DNA of 37,246 nt from Candidatus Thorarchaeota archaeon (GTDB taxonomy: Archaea > Asgardarchaeota > Thorarchaeia > Thorarchaeales > Thorarchaeaceae). The position numbers and the translations under genes are program-made. The first letter of the stretch is position 1, and each line of letters opens with the position of its first letter. The notes below the pieces were generated by a model that had not been told where the DNA came from, ran no database searches, and saw only the letters and a program-made list of their open reading frames with translations. This document shows, in pieces, positions 18,495 to 27,323 of this stretch. The stretch is from positions 1 to 37,246 of the forward strand of contig JAEOUG010000066.1 in the NCBI GenBank assembly GCA_016839445.1. The letters run 5' to 3'.

Positions 18495-18530
18495 AGAGGA
18501 GAGGGCGACGTGCTTCGCCCTTCTCATCTT
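18495..18530 (-). terminator. Possible terminator hairpin between the two surface-protein genes
   Basis: GGGCGA-N6-TCGCCC core with imperfect extension, just after the stop at 18538; pyrimidine-rich sequence downstream on the minus strand. Confidence 0.4.
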
Positions 18531-18537
18531 GCGTGAG

Positions 18538-19497
18538 TCATCTTCTCGTCTTGACGTAAATGACTAGGACAAGAGCTATAATCCCTCCACCCCCCAAGCT
18601 TGCAATGAGAAACACAGCAAGCGGTGGTGGACCGAGAATCCTCTGTGCAACGTTCGAGGCAGAAAGACCGGATGCATCGTAGAATGTCGCACGGAACGTA
18701 TGAGTTCCCCACCCAAGACCCTCGAGCGGAGGCGCAATCATATCCCAGGTGGAGTTCCAGAAGCCTCTCTCTAGGAGAATGTACTCTGAACCCCGGACCA
18801 GATGAATCTCGTATGCTCCGGGGTTTTCATCAACCCCCATCCAGTAGCGGAAGGGATCGGGCACATCGGTCTGGATTAACGTGTAGACCTCCGGTGCTTC
18901 TCTATCGCAGACGACGGATATGTTACCGAGATATTCGCCCGTGCTATCGTCCCAAGCCTCAACGGAGTAGTTCACCATGAGCCCGGTGCGCTTGTAGAAG
19001 GTTATGTCAACATCCCACCGCTCGGGCGCAAGGTCTATTGAATAGCGGCAGCCCCACTGGAAGAAGTTGTCAATGAAAACCTCGGGCTCGGCCGCGTTCG
19101 GTCCGACCTCAGTGAGGTCCTCAGCAAGCGCAGTGAGGAGTGAGAAGTTGCCAACTGGCACAATGACATCAATGGCCTGATTGAATATCCAGGACAAACC
19201 TAGACTCGAGCCGTTAGCCCAGTGCCCATAGACAATCGGACCTGGGACATCGGCCCATTCGTCGATGACCTCAGGGATCGATGGAGCGTTAGTGATATTC
19301 AGATAGATGCTCTCGTTCACAGGGTCGAGCCAATCGTAGACTGCACTCGCATTCACCTGTATGAGCATGTCCATGTTGTACGTGAGGGGCGTCACGACAC
19401 CCCACTCTAACCCTTGGTCAGTCGCTGCGTCGACACCCGTGATGCTTACAGCGACTAGAACCAGCGAAAACAGAATGATGAAGTACTTACTTCTCAA
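18538..19497 (-). CDS. Secreted, C-terminally anchored hypothetical protein
   Basis: TTG 19497 after GTGAGGA; signal peptide KYFIILFSLVLVAVSITGVDA; ATDQGLEWGV; several N-x-S/T sequons; C-terminal TM followed by KTRR. Confidence 0.75.
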   Translation of the reverse strand: MRSKYFIILFSLVLVAVSITGVDAATDQGLEWGVVTPLTYNMDMLIQVNASAVYDWLDPVNESIYLNITNAPSIPEVIDEWADVPGPIVYGHWANGSSLGLSWIFNQAIDVIVPVGNFSLLTALAEDLTEVGPNAAEPEVFIDNFFQWGCRYSIDLAPERWDVDITFYKRTGLMVNYSVEAWDDSTGEYLGNISVVCDREAPEVYTLIQTDVPDPFRYWMGVDENPGAYEIHLVRGSEYILLERGFWNSTWDMIAPPLEGLGWGTHTFRATFYDASGLSASNVAQRILGPPPLAVFLIASLGGGGIIALVLVIYVKTRR

Positions 19498-19613
19498 GTC
19501 CTCACACCACTGGTACTCAGGTGCAAGAAAGGCAAGATAAACCAAATGGAGCTATCGTACATGTCCGAGCGTACACAAGGGTGATGACTCCCACCGCTTC
19601 CCACGTCGGTCGG

Positions 19614-19630
19614 AAAACTCTTATAGAAAC
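19614..19630 (+). promoter_or_regulatory. Candidate BRE/TATA promoter of the ABC exporter operon
   Basis: AAAACTCTTATAGAAA is the only AT-rich patch in this part of the intergenic region; it implies a TSS near 19650. Confidence 0.5.
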
Positions 19631-19649
19631 GGCGGCCCGATTCGCGCTA

Positions 19650-19790
19650 GGTGTTTCGCATGCTCAGACTCCATAGACGGGTATAGACCCGAGCAACTTG
19701 TTATCACTCGGGCCAACAAAGCTCCGAGTGAACTTACTGGGCCACACGAACACCGACGGACTCACCCGCTTTTGGGGGAGGTACCAAACG
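19650..19790 (+). ncRNA. Candidate structured 5' leader with 8-codon uORF (19660-19686, MLRLHRRV)
   Basis: Complementary segments: GGTGTTTCG/CGAACACC, GCTCAG/CTGGGC, CGGGT/ACCCG, TCACTCGG/CCGAGTGA, CCCGAG/CTCGGG, and an SD-occluding CTCACCC/GGGGGAG. Confidence 0.45.
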
Positions 19791-20783
19791 TTGAATCAAA
19801 ACGCTGTAGAGATTGAAGACCTTTCAAAGACCTTCATTAGCATCAGAAGGCGAGCAATCGTCGTTCCAGTTGAGAAGAAGAAGGTAGAGGCACTCAGGTC
19901 GGTTTCATTGGACATTCCGAGAGGTCAAATCTACGGCCTTTTGGGACCCAATGGGGCGGGGAAGACCACACTGATCAAGTGCCTTGCCACTCTCGTGCTC
20001 CCTACGTCAGGGACTGCACGAGTCAATGGGTATGACGTGCTGAAGGAATCAACATACGCCAGAGCATCAATGGGCGTATGTCAAGGAAACGAGCGGTCCA
20101 TCTATTGGAAGCTGAGCGCGAGAGAGAACCTGATCTTCTTCGCCAAGCTCTATCGGATGCCGCACAGTGAGGCCAGGGAAGTCGCAGACGAGCTCCTCGG
20201 TCGAATGGGCCTCCTTGAGAAGGCTGACGAGAAGACAGAGAATCTATCGCATGGTATGCGCATGAAGATCGTCTTCGCCAGAGCCCTCATACACGACCCG
20301 CCAATACTGCTCTTGGACGAGCCCACACAGGGTCTGGACCCGACCTTTGCGACCGACTTACGCCAATACATCCGAGACCAGCTGAGAGACCGGACGATAC
20401 TACTCACGACGCACTACATGCATGAGGCGGACATGCTCTGCGACAAGATTGCCCTGATCAACGAGGGCGAGTTGAAGAGCTTTGGCAGCCCGAAGGAGCT
20501 CAAGGAGGAAGTGCGCAACTACGACAGTCTTCACATGAAGGTGGCCGGGTCTCCTGACATAGAGACCATACGGGCAATGGACATGGTGATGTCTGCCACG
20601 GTGACCGAGCGCAACGGACACTCCGAACTGGTCGTCACTGCACAGGATGGCTACGAGCTGGCATACCGTCTGCTCAACATCATGCATCAGTCGCCTGGTG
20701 TACGAGTTGAGCACTTCGAAGTGAAGGAGCCCACGCTTGATGACGTGTTCCTGAAATTGACTGGCAGGAGGATTGAGGATTGA
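19791..20783 (+). CDS. ABC-2 type (DrrA-like) exporter ATP-binding subunit
   Basis: GPNGAGKTT, LSHGM signature, LLLDEPT, TTHYMHEA, C-terminal EPTLDDVFLKLTG; TTG 19791 follows GGAGGT. Confidence 0.93.
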   Translation: MNQNAVEIEDLSKTFISIRRRAIVVPVEKKKVEALRSVSLDIPRGQIYGLLGPNGAGKTTLIKCLATLVLPTSGTARVNGYDVLKESTYARASMGVCQGNERSIYWKLSARENLIFFAKLYRMPHSEAREVADELLGRMGLLEKADEKTENLSHGMRMKIVFARALIHDPPILLLDEPTQGLDPTFATDLRQYIRDQLRDRTILLTTHYMHEADMLCDKIALINEGELKSFGSPKELKEEVRNYDSLHMKVAGSPDIETIRAMDMVMSATVTERNGHSELVVTAQDGYELAYRLLNIMHQSPGVRVEHFEVKEPTLDDVFLKLTGRRIED

Positions 20784-21679
20784 CCGTTGCAGAAACAGAA
20801 CACTTTGAGACTGAAACGCCCAATGGAGCCTATCTCAGGAGCCTCCAGCCAAAGCTGATGGACTGGTCGGCGGCGCGGGTCTTTGCCTCAAAGAACCTGA
20901 GAATCGCTATACGATACCCTGCCAACTTCCTAATCTGGGGGATATTGCCCCTGCTCTGGTACGCTCCGTACCTGCTGATGATGATTGCGATAGCTGGACC
21001 GGGAACGAGCCAGAGCTTCACCGAGCTCTCAGGTTTTGATGGCTTCATCACTTTCTCAGTGATTGCTGTCTTCGTCTACCAGTACGTAGACAAGAGCGTC
21101 TGGAGCGTTGGAAACAACTTCCGCTGGGAGCAGTTCTCTGGCACACTGGAGCCGCTCTTCGTGACTCCCGTGCCAAGGATTAGCATACTTGTAGGGGCGG
21201 CGTTCTCAGACACGATTCAGTGCACGTTCTCTGCAGTGATCCTGTTGATTATCTCCTCGCTCGCATTCGGCGTTACCTATGCACTGACCATGGTGGCCCC
21301 CATAGTGATTCTGTTGACGATGATGGTCTTCGCACTCTATGGATTCAGCTTCCTTATCGCCGGGATGATTCTCGTATTCAAGGACCCGAGTGTCCTCACA
21401 GAGCTCATTTCCAACATCACGTATGTGCTGTCGCCAATAACGTACCCATTGCAGGCGCTTCCCGCGGCCGCAAGATACGCGGCGGTGCTGGTGCCTTCGA
21501 CGGTGGCAATCGTAGCCATCAGGGAGCTCGCCATTACAGGCGTGTTTGACCCCATCTCGTTCCTGCAAGCCTTTGGCTGGATCTTAGGACTCATCATTGG
21601 CTTCTGGACCATAGGTATACTCGCTTTCAGATGGGGTGAACGTTGGACCAAGGATAGAGGCAGCATGGGAGGATTCTGA
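20780..21679 (+). CDS. ABC-2 type exporter permease
   Basis: EQFSGTLEPLFVTP, SPITYPL; about 6 TM; TTGA overlap with the ATPase stop. Confidence 0.9.
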   Translation: MTVAETEHFETETPNGAYLRSLQPKLMDWSAARVFASKNLRIAIRYPANFLIWGILPLLWYAPYLLMMIAIAGPGTSQSFTELSGFDGFITFSVIAVFVYQYVDKSVWSVGNNFRWEQFSGTLEPLFVTPVPRISILVGAAFSDTIQCTFSAVILLIISSLAFGVTYALTMVAPIVILLTMMVFALYGFSFLIAGMILVFKDPSVLTELISNITYVLSPITYPLQALPAAARYAAVLVPSTVAIVAIRELAITGVFDPISFLQAFGWILGLIIGFWTIGILAFRWGERWTKDRGSMGGF

Positions 21680-21680
21680 A

Positions 21681-22556
21681 ATGACTACACATGATACCGA
21701 AGCATTCCAGAAGATGTGGAGCCGCCACGGTTTCAGAGCTGAGCTGCGGGCCGCTTGGGCAATATCCATCAACATCTGGAAGATAGAACTGAGCTACCCC
21801 TTGAGCGTGCTGTGGTTCGTGGTCATGCCGTTCCTCTGGTTCATACCTATGCTGATCACAGGTTCTGCAGTTGCTGGTGGAAGCGAATCTATCGTCCTCA
21901 ACGAGCTAGCAGGTACTCTAGACTGGGTCACCTACATTGCCATAGGTACCTCAATCCTAGGCTTGACTATTAGCCTGATGTGGGGAACAGGGTTCTCTCT
22001 GCGTCGTGAGCAGAACGCGGGTACACTTGAAACACTAATGACTACACCCATGAGCAGGAGCACTCTAGTCTGGGGTTCCATGCTACACAACCTGCAACAT
22101 GGAGGACTGGGTGTCATCCTTCAGCTGGGCGCCGCCATCGTATTCTTTGGCGTGACTCTCGATGTCTGGGGGATCCTCCCGGCCCTTGGAATCATCGCTC
22201 TCGCAGTCATCGGTCTCCAAGGGATAGCCTTCGCGGTGACCTGCGTTGTTCTTCTGGCGAAGCAGGGGTGGATGATTGTGGAGTTCATATCAAGTGGGCT
22301 TCTGCTAGTCGCGCCCATGGCGTATCCACTCTCAGTGCTTCCACCCATTCTTCAGTATGTGGCATACGCGTCTCCACTGACCTGGAGCACAGAGGCCTTC
22401 AGAGGATTTCTCATGAACGGGCTCGCCTACCAAGGAGTAGTGCAGGCAGTGTTTGCTCTGATTATACTTGATGCGATATTCTTCGCCTTCGGAGCCCTGA
22501 TGTTTAGGTATACCGAGAGGTATGTTCGGAGCAAGGGAGCATTGGAGCAGTTCTAG
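21681..22556 (+). CDS. ABC-2 type exporter permease (second paralog)
   Basis: REQNAGTLETLMTTP, APMAYPLSVLP, SPLTW; ATG 21681 follows GGGAGG. Confidence 0.9.
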   Translation: MTTHDTEAFQKMWSRHGFRAELRAAWAISINIWKIELSYPLSVLWFVVMPFLWFIPMLITGSAVAGGSESIVLNELAGTLDWVTYIAIGTSILGLTISLMWGTGFSLRREQNAGTLETLMTTPMSRSTLVWGSMLHNLQHGGLGVILQLGAAIVFFGVTLDVWGILPALGIIALAVIGLQGIAFAVTCVVLLAKQGWMIVEFISSGLLLVAPMAYPLSVLPPILQYVAYASPLTWSTEAFRGFLMNGLAYQGVVQAVFALIILDAIFFAFGALMFRYTERYVRSKGALEQF

Positions 22557-22563
22557 GAACTAC

Positions 22564-22947
22564 CTAGAATATGTTCCTAGCTTCCACCTTTCGCCGCCAG
22601 AAGACGCCCCACACCAGCAGAATCAATGAAGCGACAATCGCACCGAGTCCCACGAAAACAGCGAGGAAGACGCTTGCATCCTGCAGAGTTGCAGGTGTGA
22701 AGACATAGGCAATGCCGCCGTAGACAAGAGCTACGAACCCGATGACTACGCCCACAGTGGACAGGATGATAAACCTTGTTGCATACCACTCTATGCGATC
22801 GTAGACCTTCTGCGTAATGGCATCCCAAGAAACGATCTTTGGCTTCTTAGTTTTGGGAGCTTTCTCGGGCTTTGCTCGAGGCGTCTCAGCCTCTGGCATC
22901 GCTGGTTCTGTACTGCGATGTTTCTCTTCTTCGGATCGGACCTTCAC
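22564..22947 (-). CDS. Small 2-TM hypothetical membrane protein
   Basis: Charged N-terminus, two hydrophobic helices, basic tail; GTGA overlap with the upstream gene. Confidence 0.7.
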   Translation of the reverse strand: MKVRSEEEKHRSTEPAMPEAETPRAKPEKAPKTKKPKIVSWDAITQKVYDRIEWYATRFIILSTVGVVIGFVALVYGGIAYVFTPATLQDASVFLAVFVGLGAIVASLILLVWGVFWRRKVEARNIF

Positions 22948-23258
22948 GATGAAACACCTCCTTCAGGACGAGGAACCGTGATGCCGAAGCGTTTCCGTAG
23001 TCGTTTGCCCTCCGTACGCATCCAGAACAGACCCCATGCTCCTATGAACAGGCCGATTATTATGAATGCTACACCAAGGAAGAATCCGCCAAGAAGCAGA
23101 AAGGCCCCATGGAGCATTCCGTATACTAGGAAATCCAGGATTGCGTAGACAGAGGACACTGCTCCGATGGCAATCACAAGGACGCTGATTACAATGTATC
23201 TTGACGCGATGGAGAGAATGTCGGCGCTGGTCTCCATCTCAATATCACGTGATGACAT
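22944..23258 (-). CDS. Small 2-TM hypothetical membrane protein
   Basis: Two hydrophobic helices and basic tail; start uncertain (ATG 23258 or GTG 23270). Confidence 0.65.
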   Translation of the reverse strand: MSSRDIEMETSADILSIASRYIVISVLVIAIGAVSSVYAILDFLVYGMLHGAFLLLGGFFLGVAFIIIGLFIGAWGLFWMRTEGKRLRKRFGITVPRPEGGVSS

Positions 23259-23549
23259 AATCCTGACCACGGAAATGAAGTGTGCGTCTCCTGTTATAAG
23301 CTAACAGATGTATACCAACGAGTATACAATTGTATGCATACCTCACGCCACGAGTCCGGCTCGGGCCCTTCACTCGGTGACCACAGGGATTCCACCTGCG
23401 GAAATATGTGAGGATTGGCGCATTGGGGAGTTCCTCGAAAGTCAGATAGTCAGGCCTGTTGCAGAACTGTTATTAGGAGGTCGTAGCGGCTTCGACATCA
23501 CTGGTCTGGCGGATTGAGACGCATAGGCAGACGGTATCAGGGTGTAACG

Positions 23550-24695
23550 ATGATATCCCCACACGGCAATCGACTTATCGATAGGAGAAGCAAAGATTCG
23601 GACAGAGAGAGAATTCTCGAAGGATTCTCTGACTACCACCAGATTGACATCTCTACTGAGACTGCTCAGGAGATAGACAACATAGCGAACGGAGTGTTCA
23701 GTCCACTCGAAGGTTTCCTCAACCGAAACGACTTCGAAAGCGTTCTCAACGACGGAAGACTGTCTTCGGGGATTGCGTGGACAATACCAATCGTGTTCGA
23801 TGTGGATGACAAGGATCTTGGCAGAACCAAGCCAGGAGACTATCTTGGCCTCCGGCTGAATGGTAAGAGTGTGGCCCGACTTCTGGTTGAAGAGGTGTAC
23901 CCCTACGAGAAGTCCGATTTCGCAGAGAAGGTATACGGGACAGAGGATCCGAAGCATCCGGGTGTCGAGAAGATATCGGGAATGAAGGAGCACCTAGTCG
24001 GTGGACAGGTGGATCTCTTGGACGACATAGGAAACCCATACCCCGAGTACACGCTCGCGCCATCTGAAACTAGGGAGTTGTTCAAGAAGAAGGGCTGGAA
24101 GACAGTAGTAGCTTTCCAGACTCGGAACACCCCACATCTTGGGCACGAGTATGTCCAGAAGACAGCTCTATCCATGGTCGATGGGCTGTTCATCAATCCA
24201 CTCATTGGCAAGAAGAAGCCAGGCGACTTCACTGACGAGGTCATTCTGGAGTCGTACAAGGCATTGATGGAGAACTACTATCCAGAGCAGACAACTGCAA
24301 TGTCAGTGCTCCATACTGAGATGAGGTACGGGGGCCCAAAGGAGGCCATCCACCACGCCATCATGCGAAAGAACTTCGGCTGCACTCATTTCATCGTTGG
24401 ACGTGACCATGCAGGTGTAGGAGACTACTACGGCCCCTTCGATGCGCATGAGATCTTCGACGAGTATCCGGAGATAGGAATCGCACCAATCAAGTTCAGG
24501 TCGTTCTTCTACTGCAAGAAGTGCAGCAGCATCGCGAACGACAAGGTCTGTCCTCATTCAGGTGACGACATCGTCAACTTCGCAGGCAGGAAGATCCGAG
24601 AGATGTTGTCGCAGGGTCAGCCTCCACCGCTGGACATGATGCGTGAAGAGGTAGCAAAGACCATTCTGAAGTACGATAACCCCTTTGTAGAGTAA
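23550..24695 (+). CDS. sat: Sulfate adenylyltransferase (ATP sulfurylase)
   Basis: MISPHG start, GVFSPLEGF, AFQTRNTPHLGHE, MRYGGPKEAIHHAIMRKNFGCTHFIVGRDHAGVG, Zn site CKKC...CPH. Confidence 0.96.
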   Translation: MISPHGNRLIDRRSKDSDRERILEGFSDYHQIDISTETAQEIDNIANGVFSPLEGFLNRNDFESVLNDGRLSSGIAWTIPIVFDVDDKDLGRTKPGDYLGLRLNGKSVARLLVEEVYPYEKSDFAEKVYGTEDPKHPGVEKISGMKEHLVGGQVDLLDDIGNPYPEYTLAPSETRELFKKKGWKTVVAFQTRNTPHLGHEYVQKTALSMVDGLFINPLIGKKKPGDFTDEVILESYKALMENYYPEQTTAMSVLHTEMRYGGPKEAIHHAIMRKNFGCTHFIVGRDHAGVGDYYGPFDAHEIFDEYPEIGIAPIKFRSFFYCKKCSSIANDKVCPHSGDDIVNFAGRKIREMLSQGQPPPLDMMREEVAKTILKYDNPFVE

Positions 24696-24711
24696 GTATA
24701 GGTGATAGCAC

Positions 24712-25266
24712 ATGGAAGACGGATTCTGTATTTGGCTGACCGGTCTCTCAGGATCGGGAAAGACAACGATAGCAAATGAACTAAGAAGAAGACTCACAGG
24801 GCATAGATTCCTCGAGACAATGGACGGGGATGAGATACGGAAGGGTCTCAGCAGAGACCTCGGATTCTCAAAGGAAGACAGAAACGAGCATAATAGACGC
24901 GTCATCTTCTGCTCGAAGCTTTTGTCAAGGAACGGCGTCATTGTGGTTGTGGCGCTCATTTCGCCGTATCGAGAGACCAGAGCCTACGCCAAAGAGCAAA
25001 TACCCAACACAATGGAAGTCTTTGTGAAAGCGCCTATCGAAGTCTGCATTGAGAGAGACCCGAAGGGCCTCTACAAGAAAGCTCTGGCAGGTGAAATCAA
25101 GCAGTTCACTGGAATCGATGACCCGTACGAGGAACCCATCGAACCCGAGCTTGTTGTCGAAACTGACAAAGAGTCAGTCGAGGAGTCCGTGGACAAGATT
25201 CTTCAGAAGGCGGCGGAACTAGGCTACCTGAATGTCGAGAAAGCCAATGCGCTAATAGGCAGGTGA
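24712..25266 (+). CDS. cysC: Adenylyl-sulfate (APS) kinase
   Basis: IWLTGLSGSGKTT, DGDEIR, DLGFSKEDR, ISPYRETR, RDPKGLYKKA, FTGIDDPYEEP. Confidence 0.96.
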   Translation: MEDGFCIWLTGLSGSGKTTIANELRRRLTGHRFLETMDGDEIRKGLSRDLGFSKEDRNEHNRRVIFCSKLLSRNGVIVVVALISPYRETRAYAKEQIPNTMEVFVKAPIEVCIERDPKGLYKKALAGEIKQFTGIDDPYEEPIEPELVVETDKESVEESVDKILQKAAELGYLNVEKANALIGR

Positions 25267-25292
25267 GCTTCCCTTTTTCGGAGCTGTAAGAC

Positions 25293-26462
25293 GTGAGAAT
25301 CAGACTTACCAAACGCAGCAAGCAGCCGCAGTTTGATTTTCCAGCTCCGATGTACTACGTAGCCAAACTGGTCCAATCAGTTCCTGCTGTCGCTGACTTC
25401 CTTCATTATCTGGAATCAGCAGCTCTCCGAGACAAGATCTCCAGCATCGACGTGAACGCGCCGACATATGTTACGGGTCTGGCCAGGGCGGGCACTACAG
25501 TCGTGCTCGAAATGCTCGGTCAACATCCCCAGGTTGCCACACATCGATACACGCACATGGTCATGCCATACCTTCCTCACTGGCTCAAGGTCTTCGCTGA
25601 CAAGACCCCAATAATGACATCGCCCGTAGAGAGGCTCCACAAGGACGGCCTTATGGTGACAAGAGATAGTCCTGAGGCAGTCGAGGAACAGATCTGGCAG
25701 AGGTACTTCAGAGATGCTCTTGATGAATCAACATCTGCCATCCTTGATGGAAAGACCACCAACAAAGCCTTCGAACGTATGTATCCTGAGACTATCAGGA
25801 AACTCCTCTACAACCAAGGAGCAACTCGGTACGCCGCAAAGAACAACTACAACGTGTCCCGCATGGAATACATCCTCAAGCTCTTCCCGGATGCGAAGTT
25901 CGTAATCATGGTCAGGAACCCCTTCGACCACATAGCATCACTGGCAAAACAGGATGCCGTGCTCAGTCAGCTAGAAACAGCAGACCCACGCTTGTTGGAC
26001 TGGACGAAGATAATCGGACACAGGGAGTTCGGCTCAGCAAAGGTCTGCATCAACATGGGCAACCGCGAACTCGTTCGAGAAATACGTAGATTGTGGACCA
26101 CTGAGGAAGGCTACGTGCGCGGCTGGGCCAAGTATTGGGCAAGCATCTACTCCCACGTTCTGCACAGACTGAACAGCAGCAAGAGCCTGTCTGACGCAGC
26201 TCTGGTTGTCAGGTACGAGGAACTTTGTGAGCAGCCTGCTGCAGCAATAGACAGGATACTACAACATACTCAGCTTGACTCTGATGCTTTCAGTGATGTG
26301 CGGGAGCACTACATAGCGAAGCTCCACAAGCCTTCATACTACCGCCCGATGTATACGGAGAACGAGCGCGAAGACATCATCAACGAAACGACATCAGTAG
26401 CAAGGAGATTCGGATATGACCTTACAAGGTCTGAGTCTGTGATTACTGAACCTGTTAACTGA
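25293..26462 (+). CDS. PAPS-dependent sulfotransferase
   Basis: 5'-PSB loop YVTGLARAGTT, 3'-PB LFPDAKFVIMVRNPFDHIAS, VRYEELCEQP; directly follows cysC. Confidence 0.9.
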   Translation: MRIRLTKRSKQPQFDFPAPMYYVAKLVQSVPAVADFLHYLESAALRDKISSIDVNAPTYVTGLARAGTTVVLEMLGQHPQVATHRYTHMVMPYLPHWLKVFADKTPIMTSPVERLHKDGLMVTRDSPEAVEEQIWQRYFRDALDESTSAILDGKTTNKAFERMYPETIRKLLYNQGATRYAAKNNYNVSRMEYILKLFPDAKFVIMVRNPFDHIASLAKQDAVLSQLETADPRLLDWTKIIGHREFGSAKVCINMGNRELVREIRRLWTTEEGYVRGWAKYWASIYSHVLHRLNSSKSLSDAALVVRYEELCEQPAAAIDRILQHTQLDSDAFSDVREHYIAKLHKPSYYRPMYTENEREDIINETTSVARRFGYDLTRSESVITEPVN

Positions 26463-26509
26463 ACTGGAACTACTCCCCGAGCCCAGAAGCATGTCACAAG
26501 AAATGGCAG

Positions 26510-26533
26510 AAGAGAGGGATTGCTCCCCCTCTC
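26510..26533 (-). terminator. GNRA-loop hairpin between convergent genes
   Basis: Minus-strand GAGAGGGGGA-GCAA-TCCCTCTCTT forms a 10-bp stem whose G-U pairs work only on this strand; about 10 nt after the stop at 26544. Confidence 0.55.
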
Positions 26534-26543
26534 CTTTGTGAGA

Positions 26544-27215
26544 TTAGAGGTCGCCTCCGCAGTTCTGACACTTCGAGAGACCCTGCTCAGTCTTCGCACC
26601 ACAGAATGGGCAGATGACCAACACCTTGACAACCTCACGCTCACGCGTTGTGGTGGCGGGAGCCGCGTATGTGTGAGTTGGAGTCACCGAACGCACAAAG
26701 GTGTCACCCTCCATCTTCCCGTGTAGCTGTCTCTTGCCTATGGCATCGTACAGCGTGTCTCTGACAGTCTTCTCCTGAAGTCCGGTAATCCTTGATATCT
26801 CAGGGACAGCAATACTGTCGTGGGCGGATGCCACTCCTATGATCTGCGATCTTGCGCCCTTGCCACCTTGCAGGCAGACGCACGGCCAAGCCAGACACAC
26901 AATGAAGATGAGAATCCCGCCCCCTAGGAGGAGAGACCCGAATGTGTAGTACATGGTTGCCAGGCCCGTAAGCGCCACTGCGGCTCCAACGAGGAGTATC
27001 GCTCCGAGAATCCGGCCTCTGCTGGACTCTGATACAGTGGGCGTCATAACTCCGGAGATAAGCATAAGGAGTCCGGAGATGATGAAGATCGCACCATTGA
27101 TGATCATAACCATGCCCCAGTCTTCCTCTACCGTGTAGAGGGCGACTGCTATGGCCCCAGCTATGATGACTAGAAGAGCCGCGAGAGGGAAAATCCGCTT
27201 TGAGATAGATGACAT
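26544..27215 (-). CDS. 4-TM membrane protein with wHTH/PCI-like domain and C-terminal zinc ribbon
   Basis: Four hydrophobic helices; SIAVPEISRITGLQEKTVRDTLYDAIGKRQLHGKMEGDTF; VICPFCG...CQNCGGDL. Confidence 0.78.
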   Translation of the reverse strand: MSSISKRIFPLAALLVIIAGAIAVALYTVEEDWGMVMIINGAIFIISGLLMLISGVMTPTVSESSRGRILGAILLVGAAVALTGLATMYYTFGSLLLGGGILIFIVCLAWPCVCLQGGKGARSQIIGVASAHDSIAVPEISRITGLQEKTVRDTLYDAIGKRQLHGKMEGDTFVRSVTPTHTYAAPATTTREREVVKVLVICPFCGAKTEQGLSKCQNCGGDL

Positions 27216-27323
27216 GGGGCTGCCGGTGTAAGAACCACGTTTTAAATCCTCTCGGAAACCTCGTCACGAACGTCGGACCGGCTAGGCATCGCCGGAATAG
27301 GTGGGAAGGTCTTGTGCGCAGGT

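Noticed and set aside
20241-20260. ABC signature LSHGM instead of LSGGQ
   Set aside because: Variation of this kind is common in DrrA-like ATPases; Walker A/B and the H-loop are intact.
23308-23517. 69-aa ORF upstream of sat
   Set aside because: No recognisable motif or SD, and it starts within palindromic promoter-like DNA; likely spurious.
23550-25266. Dissimilatory or assimilatory sulfate reduction
   Set aside because: No aprAB, dsrAB, cysH or sir in the window; the adjacent sulfotransferase accounts for the PAPS demand.
25264-25295. TGA readthrough (Sec) or cysC-sulfotransferase fusion
   Set aside because: The genes are in different frames and another in-frame TGA follows ten codons later; I saw no convincing SECIS.
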